A stretch of 60,652 nucleotides of DNA from a virus (Duplodnaviria > Caudoviricetes). Of this stretch, positions 19,456 to 27,414 are shown in pieces (the stretch's first letter is position 1; each line of letters begins with the position of its first letter). The stretch is taken from the IMG/VR virus record IMGVR_UViG_3300038679_000011, positions 1 to 60,652 of that record; one strand, given 5' to 3'. The translations under genes were made by a program, and so were the position numbers. The notes under the pieces are model-generated. The model saw only the letters and a list, made by a program, of their open reading frames with translations, had not been told where the DNA came from and made no database searches.

Positions 19456-19963
19456 CGACGAGAGTAACGTAGTACTCTTTCGATGCAGCCCGAGATGTCA
19501 CGGTCATAAGCGTAGTTGCACGAAATCGCCATAGATTTGGGCCTTCGATGATCTCAGCCATAAAGGACCACGTGCCTGCATTTGGGTCATGAATCACGCT
19601 TGCTGGACTTGTTCCTGCAACGTATTCGATGCTAAACGGCAAATTATCAACTTGGCACGCAGTAATTGGCGGCCGTTGCCACTTGCCACAGCGAGCAGTC
19701 CATACATCGGGGTTGCCCGGTATCGGCGGGAGCAAGTGCGCACCCGTGATCGCGTTCGGATCGATGCGCCAGAGATGAGGCACCTTGTTTGGGTCATAGA
19801 CAATAGGCGCACACACTGTTGCATCAGCCATGGCCACAAACATCGTGGCTCGGACTAATCCTGCCGCGACAACCAGAACAAACAACATTGACATTGCCAT
19901 CAGAGTCAACTTCCATGTCTTCATCTTGGCACTCCTTTGCTCTTGTTGAACTTGTTTAGTCAA
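19418..19963 (-). CDS. Exported/membrane-anchored hypothetical protein
   Basis: Basic N-terminus plus hydrophobic helix; repeated DPN motifs; start probably MKTWK. Confidence 0.5.
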   Translation of the reverse strand: MTKQVQQEQRSAKMKTWKLTLMAMSMLFVLVVAAGLVRATMFVAMADATVCAPIVYDPNKVPHLWRIDPNAITGAHLLPPIPGNPDVWTARCGKWQRPPITACQVDNLPFSIEYVAGTSPASVIHDPNAGTWSFMAEIIEGPNLWRFRATTLMTVTSRAASKEYYVTLVGEKADANAPELH

Positions 19964-19989
19964 CTTAACACTTGTTTGCTACTTGCTGC

Positions 19990-20838
19990 CTACAAGTCCT
20001 CCTTGTCGTAGTGACACTGGTCAGCAGGCTTGTCATCTCGCCAGCGAACAAATCGTGGGTGGATGAGACGCCCGCCGTTACCAACATCTTGGTACCGCAC
20101 TTCGCACACGCGTCCGAGGTCTTTTTTCTCGTCGATGTCCCATCGCACGTCGTCGTCCATGCCGCTCACAGAAGCAATTTCTCGGAATTCGCCGTCAGTC
20201 CATATGCTTACTCGCAGTGCTCCGACGGCGCCGAGGTACTTGCCTTCACCGTCCTTAAATCCAGTGACAACTACGTCAATGTCACGCGTTGGCTTGACTT
20301 TCCACCAACCGCTGTAGTTTGATTGCTTGAGTACCCATCCTTCGATGCCTAAGTCGCGAGCGTCAGCGAGTAAGCGTTCTTCATTGTCGGTCTCAAGCAA
20401 CTTGTAGAGTGGCACAAATTGCAGGCCTAAATGCAACACCTCTGTTTGAACGAATTCTGGCGATACAATGCTAAAATCGACGCCATTCAACCACGGCATA
20501 GCGAAAATGCCAAATTCCAACTCAGGCAAACACTCTGCAATCGCGTGTGCTGCATCGCCGGCATTGCCACGTGGCACGTGAAGCTCGCCGTCAACAGACG
20601 ACAGCGGCGCTAGTCTTGAGTCAAGTTTTTTCCACCAGTTATATTCGACGATCTTCGGTCGCTTGACTGTAATTTCAAGGTCTGGTCTGATCTCGCGCTC
20701 AAAGCCGACGAGCTTACCATTAGCTTGTTTGTAGACCGTGAACCGGTGGCCGTTTAGCTTGACTTGCTTGTAGTAAGCGTGCTCGCCCTTCCACTTCTTT
20801 GGTTTAAGTCGTTCGTGCGTCCACAGTTCGGTATTCAT
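19990..20838 (-). CDS. ATP-dependent DNA ligase
   Basis: Motif I QVKLNGHR, IEGWVLK, WWKVKP and OB-fold IHPRFVRWRDDK. Confidence 0.9.
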   Translation of the reverse strand: MNTELWTHERLKPKKWKGEHAYYKQVKLNGHRFTVYKQANGKLVGFEREIRPDLEITVKRPKIVEYNWWKKLDSRLAPLSSVDGELHVPRGNAGDAAHAIAECLPELEFGIFAMPWLNGVDFSIVSPEFVQTEVLHLGLQFVPLYKLLETDNEERLLADARDLGIEGWVLKQSNYSGWWKVKPTRDIDVVVTGFKDGEGKYLGAVGALRVSIWTDGEFREIASVSGMDDDVRWDIDEKKDLGRVCEVRYQDVGNGGRLIHPRFVRWRDDKPADQCHYDKEDL

Positions 20839-21032
20839 AAGTGCGCCTTATTCGCTGTTCCGTTAGTAAGTTCAACAAGATAGCACCGACAGCCAACCTT
20901 TGAAGTACACGCAGGTATTGGCGGCGAGTTAAGCATCTGTACTTCAAGTTCAGAGAATATGCGTCCGTCGAGCTCGATGCAGTGCGGGCATGTATCAGCG
21001 TCTCGTGTTGTCACCCATTGGTATCGTCGCAT
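20835..21032 (-). CDS. Stand-alone MuF-like Cys-motif mini-protein
   Basis: YQWVTTRDADTCPHCIELDGRIF...PP....GCRC. Confidence 0.6.
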   Translation of the reverse strand: MRRYQWVTTRDADTCPHCIELDGRIFSELEVQMLNSPPIPACTSKVGCRCYLVELTNGTANKAHL

Positions 21033-21271
21033 GTGAACTCCCTACTGTTAGACTGTTGCATGACGCTGTTTGCCCATATTCGTAAGTCGTTGCTCCACGT
21101 ATTTGCAAGATAAAGAACGTCTACAAGTGACACTGGTAACCCGAGTTGTTGGCACGCAGCTTCAAAACAATCTTTGTAGTCGGCAGTATACCGGTTCTCG
21201 CTGTCGTTATAACTGCCCTCGTGAGCATCTTGAGCTATGAGAACAGCTTTTGCTATAGTCGCTAAGTCCAC
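21011..21271 (-). CDS. Hypothetical protein
   Basis: 86 aa, AGGAG RBS. Confidence 0.5.
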   Translation of the reverse strand: MDLATIAKAVLIAQDAHEGSYNDSENRYTADYKDCFEAACQQLGLPVSLVDVLYLANTWSNDLRIWANSVMQQSNSREFTCDDTNG

Positions 21272-21292
21272 GCTGTTTCTCCTAGCAGTAAT

Positions 21293-21505
21293 TTATACGT
21301 TGTCGTTGATACGGTCAATGACCCTGATAGCATCTACAACGGAACTCGCGTCGTTGAAGCCGTTTCGCATAAGTACTGCGTCTGTAGCTTCGTTGCGCAC
21401 AGCTTCGTTCATCACGTCTAACAACGTGCACATTGAACGCTTGAATGCGATACGCTCGTCGTCATCAAGCGTTAATTCCAGAATGATTTTTGTTTTAGTA
21501 AGCAT
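21293..21505 (-). CDS. Hypothetical protein
   Basis: 70 aa, coupled to exonuclease stop. Confidence 0.5.
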   Translation of the reverse strand: MLTKTKIILELTLDDDERIAFKRSMCTLLDVMNEAVRNEATDAVLMRNGFNDASSVVDAIRVIDRINDNV

Positions 21506-22395
21506 CAGAACTCTTCTCCTTCTATTTCGACAGTTAACTTGTCCGCCAGCGGCTTACACAGTTGCAGCGATTTAATTTCCCAGCGCTTGAGGCACTCTAC
21601 AATAAATAGTTCATCATAGACATGTGCTGTTACTTTTAGATCAGCAACATCGATGCATCGAAGTGACATAAGTTGGAAATTCATGTCAAACTTGCCCGAC
21701 TCAAGATGCGTCTTGATTGCATCGAGTTCTTTTGGCTTCCAGTCGCCCGACAAAATCTCTTGCTTCCAGCCAGGAACTGACACTGGCACAGAAGCATCGA
21801 GCCACGAGAGCAGACTAGCAAGGTAAGTGCGGCTTACTCGCGGAGCACCATCTAGGTTATCTGACTTATCGCCGACGATTGCTCGAAACCACGTGAGTAA
21901 GCTAGGCGTTACGCCGTATGTTTTGACTACGCAAGTCTCGTCCCACTCAAATAGCTTGGACTGAAACGACTTGACAACTTTGACATCACGACTGTCATTG
22001 ACGACCCGCAATAAGTCGCTGTCGTTCGTGTAGATTCGGTGACCTGAGCCAGTCGATGCAAGCGCACCCATCACATCGTCTGCTTCGCGGCCGTGGACTT
22101 CGCACTCTGACCAATAGCATCTCAGAAATCGACGTAGCCTTTTCAAGCGCTCGAAGAACTCTGACCCGGCTTTGTGACTTCGGTTAGCTTTGTACCGTGG
22201 GTCCTCTTTACGTCGTTCATTCGTTGGCGAATCCCAGCAGACCACGACGTCTTGCTCGGGATACTTCTTGATGAGCATCTCGATTGCTCGCAGGAAGCCG
22301 TATTCGACTCCGGTGGGTTCGCCGTGCGTGTTCTGTAGAAAATCCATCTTCGCTCGGCATCGGTGCGCGAGCATCATCCCGTCGACTAGCAGCAT
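21505..22395 (-). CDS. 5'-3' exonuclease/flap endonuclease (PolI N-terminal-like)
   Basis: LLVDG, CWDS, RR..DPRYKANR, EADDVMG, TNDSDL and IVGDKSDNLDG motifs. Confidence 0.92.
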   Translation of the reverse strand: MLLVDGMMLAHRCRAKMDFLQNTHGEPTGVEYGFLRAIEMLIKKYPEQDVVVCWDSPTNERRKEDPRYKANRSHKAGSEFFERLKRLRRFLRCYWSECEVHGREADDVMGALASTGSGHRIYTNDSDLLRVVNDSRDVKVVKSFQSKLFEWDETCVVKTYGVTPSLLTWFRAIVGDKSDNLDGAPRVSRTYLASLLSWLDASVPVSVPGWKQEILSGDWKPKELDAIKTHLESGKFDMNFQLMSLRCIDVADLKVTAHVYDELFIVECLKRWEIKSLQLCKPLADKLTVEIEGEEF

Positions 22396-22445
22396 GCATG
22401 TCTCCTACAGGCGCCGTTCGACGGCGTCGTCTACTGAGTTCGATT

Positions 22446-22506
22446 CGACCGGCCTCTATAAAACGACCGGCCTCTATAAAACGACCGGCCTCTATAAAAC
22501 GACCGG
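22446..22506. repeat. 18-bp tandem repeat x3 plus partial copy
   Basis: CGACCGGCCTCTATAAAA. Confidence 0.9.
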
Positions 22507-22532
22507 ATACGTGCCAATGCCGGCCATAATAT

Positions 22533-22644
22533 GGCCTAGAACCGGCCTAGGACGGCCTAGGACGGCATATAGCCTTAAAACCGTATAAACATACCGGTTG
22601 GCCGTTTTATGCCGTCCTAGGCCGTCCTAGGCCGGTTCTAGGCC
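22533..22644. repeat. Perfect 37-bp inverted repeat with 38-bp spacer
   Basis: GGCCTAGAACCGGCCTAGGACGGCCTAGGACGGCATA (22533-22569) and its exact reverse complement (22608-22644). Confidence 0.92.
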
Positions 22645-22816
22645 GTTTACGGTCGTATGTCGACGGTTAGACGGTCGAAAACCGGCATAGGACGGTCTAG
22701 GACGGCCTGGAGTCGCCGGCCGGTGTGATTCGACGACCTGCCGGCATCCGGTCGTCCTAGGCCGTCTGACGACCGTCTGGCGACCCACGGCGACCGGCGG
22801 TACGACTGACAGTGCC

Positions 22817-22866
22817 AAAGCAAAAAGCCCCCGCCCACCGACCGTGTGGCCAGTGAGCGGGGGCTT
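22817..22866 (-). terminator. Rho-independent terminator closing the early operon
   Basis: AAGCCCCCGCTCAC...GTGGGCGGGGGCTT followed by TTTGCTTT on the minus strand. Confidence 0.8.
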
Positions 22867-22905
22867 CAAAAAGATGAACGGTCCTGCGGTGCTACAGCGA
22901 ATGGC

Positions 22906-23088
22906 CTAAGCATTCGCTAATGGCCGTCTTTCAATGAAAGCGCCTTCTGTGTACGACCGTACTGCGAGGAATGCGTTCTTTGCGGTGCTCGCGGTTGACA
23001 CGACGATGTCGAGAACAACGTCGCCGTTTGCGTTCATCACGACGATCTTGTCGTGGTCTTTACGGATTCGGATCGACTTCGTCGTCAT
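22906..23088 (-). CDS. Small hypothetical early protein
   Basis: AAGGAG RBS before MTTKSIRIRK (ATG 23088). Confidence 0.55.
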   Translation of the reverse strand: MTTKSIRIRKDHDKIVVMNANGDVVLDIVVSTASTAKNAFLAVRSYTEGAFIERRPLANA

Positions 23089-23428
23089 CGTCAGTCTCCT
23101 TCTCTTCAAGTTCGTTGAGTTGCTTGTACGTCTCCAACAACTTTTCAATCGACCGTCGGTTCTCTGCCTCAGCGAGTTGTTTTCGTTTGTAGTCGACAAT
23201 CGTTTTTAGTCGCTTGATTTCAGCATCTGATGTCTCGTGCCACTCCGTGAGCTGGCGTTTCTTGGCTTCGGCCTCCGCGATAATCGCATCTTGAGCAGTG
23301 AGCTTGTCTGTGTAGAACTGTTTGTCGCCTCGCTCTCGCCACGTCCTGATGCTGAGCTCACATACCTCTATGGTAGAGTGCAGTACTTTGATGTATTCGC
23401 GTAGCTCAGTCTTGGTCATGTTTTTCAC
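23060..23428 (-). CDS. Coiled-coil hypothetical early protein
   Basis: TATAGGAGATA leader before GTG 23428. Confidence 0.6.
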   Translation of the reverse strand: MKNMTKTELREYIKVLHSTIEVCELSIRTWRERGDKQFYTDKLTAQDAIIAEAEAKKRQLTEWHETSDAEIKRLKTIVDYKRKQLAEAENRRSIEKLLETYKQLNELEEKETDDDDEVDPNP

Positions 23429-23521
23429 AGTACTATCTCCTATAGCAAATGGCCGGGTGCTACATCGCGTATAACACCCGGCCACTGTGACGTCGTCGTA
23501 TTGAACAGTTTACCCGTTGAC

Positions 23522-23959
23522 TCAGGCTTCGTCTTCGGTCTCTTCCTCGGATTTCTTGACCGAGGCCAGAAGGGCATTCACATCGACGCCTTCCTTCTCC
23601 AGCGTCTCGCGAAGCTCGGCCATGCGCTCTTGCAGCTTGATGAGCCGCTTGGCCTTGCCGCGTTCCTTGCCAGCGCCCATCTTCTTTGACTCTTCGGCCT
23701 TCTCGAGCAAAGTCTGGGCTTTGGCCTGGAGCTCTGCGGCCTTGTGCTCGAGGTGGAGGTACTCAGCCTCGAAGGCCGAGCGCTTCAGCGGCTTGAACTT
23801 ACCCCATTCCCAGCCACTGGGGACAGCGACCTTCAACTTACCGTCCTCGAGGCCCGGGAACTCTGGCTTCGACTTCTTCACACGAGCGGGCTTGTCGGCC
23901 TTGTCGGCCTTACCGGGCTTGCTGGTCTTGTCAGCAGTGGGCTTTGCAGGTTTTGCCAT
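23522..23959 (-). CDS. Lys-rich-tail coiled-coil protein, paralog A
   Basis: AAGGAG RBS, MAKPAKPTADK...; clearly similar to 26390..26869. Confidence 0.75.
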   Translation of the reverse strand: MAKPAKPTADKTSKPGKADKADKPARVKKSKPEFPGLEDGKLKVAVPSGWEWGKFKPLKRSAFEAEYLHLEHKAAELQAKAQTLLEKAEESKKMGAGKERGKAKRLIKLQERMAELRETLEKEGVDVNALLASVKKSEEETEDEA

Positions 23960-24158
23960 TACAGTGTCTCCTTTGCAGTGTCTGTGTTTGTGTCTTACGC
24001 TTCTGTTCATGTTCACTTATGTTGTTGCCTCCGTGCTATGTGTATCCGTGACGGTAACGGAGTTCAATGGCCTCCTTTCCTTACTAGATGCTTAAGTTTA
24101 CGACCACTGATTATAGTATCGGGCACGCTTAACGTCGCGTACCGCGTTCGTTGGTCGT

Positions 24159-24256
24159 CGACCTGTCTCATCGGTCACGGTAGGTCATTTCCGTGAGACG
24201 GCGCCGCGGCGGACAAGCAACCAGCTGCTGTTCTGGTTTTACGGCGCCGTTTCGAC
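24159..24256 (-). ncRNA. Type II hammerhead ribozyme (CCGAUGA core variant)
   Basis: GUC-GAAA-stem III ACGGCGCCG/CGGCGCCGU-C-stem I UCACGG/CCGUGA-CCGAUGA-GAC; loop I GACCU pairs with 3' AGGUC; predicted cut 24197|24196. Confidence 0.8.
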
Positions 24257-24649
24257 TCACTGTGAGTCTAATGCATTGAGCTCGTTCTGGAGAGCTTCGA
24301 TGCGCTCCATAAGCTTTTTGTATTTCCTGTCAGCACGTTCCTTCTTCGCGGTCTCACGAGCTTCTCTTGCGGCCTCGCGTTCGGCCTGTGTCGTGAGTCG
24401 GTTCGCGGCACGGTCGTAGTTTGCCGCGAGTCGCTCGAGCTTGTCAGCGAGCAGGTCGAGCTTTGGATCGAATTGCTCACTGAGCTCTTCGTGTTCGACG
24501 CCCATGGCATGGACTTGGTCTGCGATATCTCGGATGATGTTGCCAGTGTTTGTCGTGATCGTCGCGGTCTCGCGTGCGGCCTTCTTGGGGGCGCTCTTGC
24601 TGCTCTTGCTGCTCTTGGTGTTCTTGGTGTTCTTGGTGTTCTTCGCCAT
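24257..24649 (-). CDS. Lys-rich-tail coiled-coil early protein
   Basis: MAKNTKNTKNTKSSKSSKSAPKK; TAGGAGATA leader. Confidence 0.7.
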   Translation of the reverse strand: MAKNTKNTKNTKSSKSSKSAPKKAARETATITTNTGNIIRDIADQVHAMGVEHEELSEQFDPKLDLLADKLERLAANYDRAANRLTTQAEREAAREARETAKKERADRKYKKLMERIEALQNELNALDSQ

Positions 24650-24689
24650 CGTAGTATCTCCTATGCTAAGGCGTTGTAATTGCCGCGGG

Positions 24690-25193
24690 TCACTCGCCAG
24701 CGGCTTCGACTTTTTCTAGCTTCGACTGGAGCTTCATGAGCTCCCTGATCTTCTTTGCGTCCTCAAGTGCCACATGCGAGTGGTTGGCTTCTCCAAATAC
24801 GTGCAACACACACTCGGGTCCGAAGCCCCACTCTACGCTCGCGGGCACTGTTAGCAATCGGCCGCAGCGACCGCAGCGATTTGAGTGCCGCACTCGCATT
24901 CTCGGGTCGAGGTCATTGTCGCTCTTGAGCACTGTGATGAGTCGTTTGAACCACCGAAAGCATGTAGCGCTCTCAGTGACTCGGGATCGGCCAGTAACTT
25001 GAAAGTCATCTTCAAAAAGCGTGCCGATGTACTCATAATTACAGACGTTGTCTGGTCCACTGAGCACCTTGACCCACCACATCGGCTTAGTGTCGTGCTT
25101 GCGGACGTGATACGTGAATCGTTCTCCGGTCAGCGAGTCCTCAAGCGTGAAGAGCGCATTGCCGGCGAGTACGAACTCTTTCCAGTGCCGCAT
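24690..25193 (-). CDS. DUF6011-like Zn-finger protein
   Basis: FVLAGNALFTL...TYHV...LSGPDN...CGRCGRLLTVPASVEWGFGPEC; GGAGG RBS before ATG 25193. Confidence 0.75.
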   Translation of the reverse strand: MRHWKEFVLAGNALFTLEDSLTGERFTYHVRKHDTKPMWWVKVLSGPDNVCNYEYIGTLFEDDFQVTGRSRVTESATCFRWFKRLITVLKSDNDLDPRMRVRHSNRCGRCGRLLTVPASVEWGFGPECVLHVFGEANHSHVALEDAKKIRELMKLQSKLEKVEAAGE

Positions 25194-25194
25194 C

Positions 25195-25542
25195 TCACGC
25201 CTCCGTTTGAAAGTGCTCAGCAAGTGCAGCACGGAAAGTCTTTTCAACGTCGGCTCGAAATTCGATAACGACTGAGTCTGCTTGGTCGTACCACACAGAT
25301 TTAACAGAGCCGCTGCTTCCGCTCGCTAGTTCAAGACAGTTCTCATTGTGGTTCCACCAGATGCACGAGTAGTCATCACTGAGGCGGTACGGCTCGCCCA
25401 TCATGAACGGGTCTAAATCAACAAATGTACTCGCCTGTTTGCGTGCAGTCTGCTGTGGCTGCGCCATATCTGACGTGCCCGTCAGGTACGCGTCGAGACG
25501 CATCAATGACTTTTTGAATGCGGCCTTTGCATCAGCTTTCAT
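25195..25542 (-). CDS. Hypothetical early protein
   Basis: TGTAGGAGACA leader before MKADAK (ATG 25542). Confidence 0.6.
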   Translation of the reverse strand: MKADAKAAFKKSLMRLDAYLTGTSDMAQPQQTARKQASTFVDLDPFMMGEPYRLSDDYSCIWWNHNENCLELASGSSGSVKSVWYDQADSVVIEFRADVEKTFRAALAEHFQTEA

Positions 25543-25566
25543 GTCTTGTCTCCTACAAAAGTCGTC

Positions 25567-25644
25567 GAGTCGTTTTGAGCGACAGTCGCTCGGCTCGGGC
25601 CGGTGCCCGCCCATTGTTGTTACACCGGCCTCCGCGAAATACTG
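25567..25644 (-). ncRNA. Unassigned structured RNA motif, copy B
   Basis: UCGCGGAG-hairpin-CCGAGCCG-AGC hairpin GCU-AAACGACUC, same pattern as 26895-26954. Confidence 0.5.
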
Positions 25645-25869
25645 TCAGTCATGAATGCAATCAAACAAGTCCGTGTCTTGCCAAAAGCGCTTGATCATGA
25701 TCTCTAATGCGAAACGCGTGCCTTGGTACTGAATGACGGGCCAACCTGCGGGTCCCATCGGATCGACAATCTTATACGTGATCTGCATGTCACGCATATA
25801 TCGTCGCAACTCAGGGTTGTGTTCCAGTTCAACGGTGTTCAGTTCGACTTGTTTAAATTCGACTGCCAT
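25645..25869 (-). CDS. Hypothetical early protein
   Basis: TGTAGGAGACA leader before MAVEFK; GPAGWP.I.Y.G motif. Confidence 0.65.
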   Translation of the reverse strand: MAVEFKQVELNTVELEHNPELRRYMRDMQITYKIVDPMGPAGWPVIQYQGTRFALEIMIKRFWQDTDLFDCIHD

Positions 25870-25941
25870 TGTTTTGTCTCCTACAAGGTGTTGAGTCGTT
25901 TGCCCACCCATTGTTGCTACACCGGCCTCCACGAAATACTG

Positions 25942-26211
25942 TTACTTAGGTTCGATCTCGCCCTCGAGCAAGCGTTCGACCTCGCGTTGAATACGTTCCC
26001 ATGGTGCATGCGACGATATTGACTGACTCGGCGTCGGGCCCTTTCGGAGGGCGCCGGCCTTGCCTGTGAAGTAAAGGTCGTCAAGCATAGCGGGCATCTT
26101 GTACGCTCGGTACTTCTTCGAGCGGCAAGACACCTCAGTTCCTCTGTGGCAACCCGTCAACCAGTGATGCAGCAGCTCTTGCTTCGTCATGCGTTCGACT
26201 TGCGTCTTCAT
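25942..26211 (-). CDS. Hypothetical early protein
   Basis: TGTAGGAGACA leader; YFTGKAGALRKG motif. Confidence 0.65.
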   Translation of the reverse strand: MKTQVERMTKQELLHHWLTGCHRGTEVSCRSKKYRAYKMPAMLDDLYFTGKAGALRKGPTPSQSISSHAPWERIQREVERLLEGEIEPK

Positions 26212-26242
26212 GGTCCTGTCTCCTACAAGGTGTTGAATCGTT

Positions 26243-26311
26243 TGACCTGTCTCATCAGCGGTGGGCGGTCACCCACACCGGACGACGTGTGACATCACAC
26301 GTCGTTTCGAC
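26243..26311 (-). ncRNA. Type II hammerhead ribozyme
   Basis: GUC-GAAA-stem III ACGACGUGUG/CACACGUCGU-C-stem I CGGU/ACCG + GGG/CCC-CUGAUGA-GAC; loop UGACC pairs with 3' GGUCA; predicted cut 26281|26280. Confidence 0.92.
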
Positions 26312-26389
26312 TTTAGGAGGCCCGCAGGCTGTGAACCTGCGGGCCCGGTTGGAGGCCCTGCGGCGGAGTGCCGTAGAGAGGCGTGCTGT

Positions 26390-26869
26390 TTACTCCTTGT
26401 CGTTCTTCGCGGTAGCGGCGAGCAGTGCGTCGACATCGATTCCGGCGCTCTTGAGCTCAGCTGTGAGCTCTACGATCTTGTTCCGCATTTTCTCGACCTT
26501 GCGGGCGGCGGAGAGTGTCTTCTTGTCACCGTACTTCGAAGCATCTGCAGCTCGGAGACGCATCTGTGTGGCCTTGTACTCGAAGGCTAGTGCCTTGTGC
26601 TCAAAGTAGAGCTTGTCGTGCGTGAAGTTCTTTTTGGCAAGCGGCTTGTGCGAGCCGAAGCCGAAGCCGTCGGGCATCGCGATGTCGAACGGGCCTGCCT
26701 CGACGTCGAACTTCGTCACCTTCGTCACCTTGGGCGTCTTGGCAGCTTTGACGTCGGTTTCCGGTGCAGTCGCCTTGGTCGCCGGGGTCGCCTTGGTCGC
26801 CGGGGTCGCCTTGGTCGCCGGGGTCGCCTTGGTGGCCTTGCCGCTCGTGGGGTTGACTTTCGTCGTCAT
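26390..26869 (-). CDS. Lys/Ala/Thr-rich-tail coiled-coil protein, paralog B
   Basis: ATKATP x3 (18-bp repeat); KPL...EHKA...GIDVDALLA shared with 23522..23959. Confidence 0.75.
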   Translation of the reverse strand: MTTKVNPTSGKATKATPATKATPATKATPATKATAPETDVKAAKTPKVTKVTKFDVEAGPFDIAMPDGFGFGSHKPLAKKNFTHDKLYFEHKALAFEYKATQMRLRAADASKYGDKKTLSAARKVEKMRNKIVELTAELKSAGIDVDALLAATAKNDKE

Positions 26870-26894
26870 GTTACTATCTCCTATAATATGAGTA

Positions 26895-26954
26895 GAGTCG
26901 TTTAGCAGCACCAACGGCTGCTCGGCTCAGCCCGCCGTAAAGCGGGCTCCGCGA
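26895..26954 (-). ncRNA. Unassigned structured RNA motif, copy A
   Basis: UCGCGGAG-CCCGC/GCGGG-CUGAGCCG-AGCAGC/GCUGCU-AAACGACUC. Confidence 0.5.
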
Positions 26955-27125
26955 GAAGTCGTTAATTATCGCACATTAGTATCAACAATACGTTCGGCGC
27001 TATTGTCATGGCACCACGGCATGCAGTGCAGTTCCATGAAACAACGAGCAGCGTCGCTTGTTACGAAGTACTCGGTACGTTTATTGGTCTTGACGAAAAC
27101 GGTTCGGTCTCTTGGGTAACTTTGA

Positions 27126-27320
27126 CTATTGGTACAGTTCGGTGTACGCGACGAACATGCGCTCGACTTGCTTCTGAAACAGACGTGCGTGGCCTTTGCA
27201 GGCAAATCCGAATTGCACAGAGCACTGTGTGGTCGATCCGAAGAACTCGCCTTTGCACTTGCGAGCAAGGGCGTCGATGGACATCAGCGGTGCGGCAGAT
27301 TGAACTTTTACTCGAGCCAT
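27126..27320 (-). CDS. Hypothetical early protein (possibly frameshifted, may extend to 26966)
   Basis: TGTAGGAGACA leader before ATG 27320; another frame stays open to 26966. Confidence 0.55.
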   Translation of the reverse strand: MARVKVQSAAPLMSIDALARKCKGEFFGSTTQCSVQFGFACKGHARLFQKQVERMFVAYTELYQ

Positions 27321-27351
27321 TGTCTTGTCTCCTACAAGGTGTGGTCGTTTC

Positions 27352-27414
27352 GGCCTGTCTCATCAGTGCCGGGCGGCCAGCCCGCGGCAGACGGCGCCAT
27401 AGCGCCGTTTCGAC
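27352..27414 (-). ncRNA. Type II hammerhead ribozyme
   Basis: GUC-GAAA-stem III ACGGCGC/GCGCCGU-C-stem I UGCC/GGCA + GGGC/GCCC-CUGAUGA-GAC; loop UGGCC pairs with 3' GGCCG; predicted cut 27390|27389. Confidence 0.92.

Noticed and set aside
22446-22506. Short repeats as a CRISPR array
   Set aside because: Head-to-tail tandem copies with no unique spacers and no cas genes; the same applies to 15433-15500 and the 24-bp repeat near 28490-28545
24109-24140. Internal promoter with perfect TATAAT downstream of the last hammerhead
   Set aside because: No convincing -35 at 17-bp spacing (GCGACG); possible but not supportable
26312-26395. GC-rich hairpin region upstream of a hammerhead as a twister or HDV-like ribozyme, or a terminator
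   Set aside because: Partial resemblance only (GGUUCACAGCC loop; GCC-UCUCUAC-GGC). The twister UAA/AA residues and an HDV P2 partner strand are missing, and no U-tract follows
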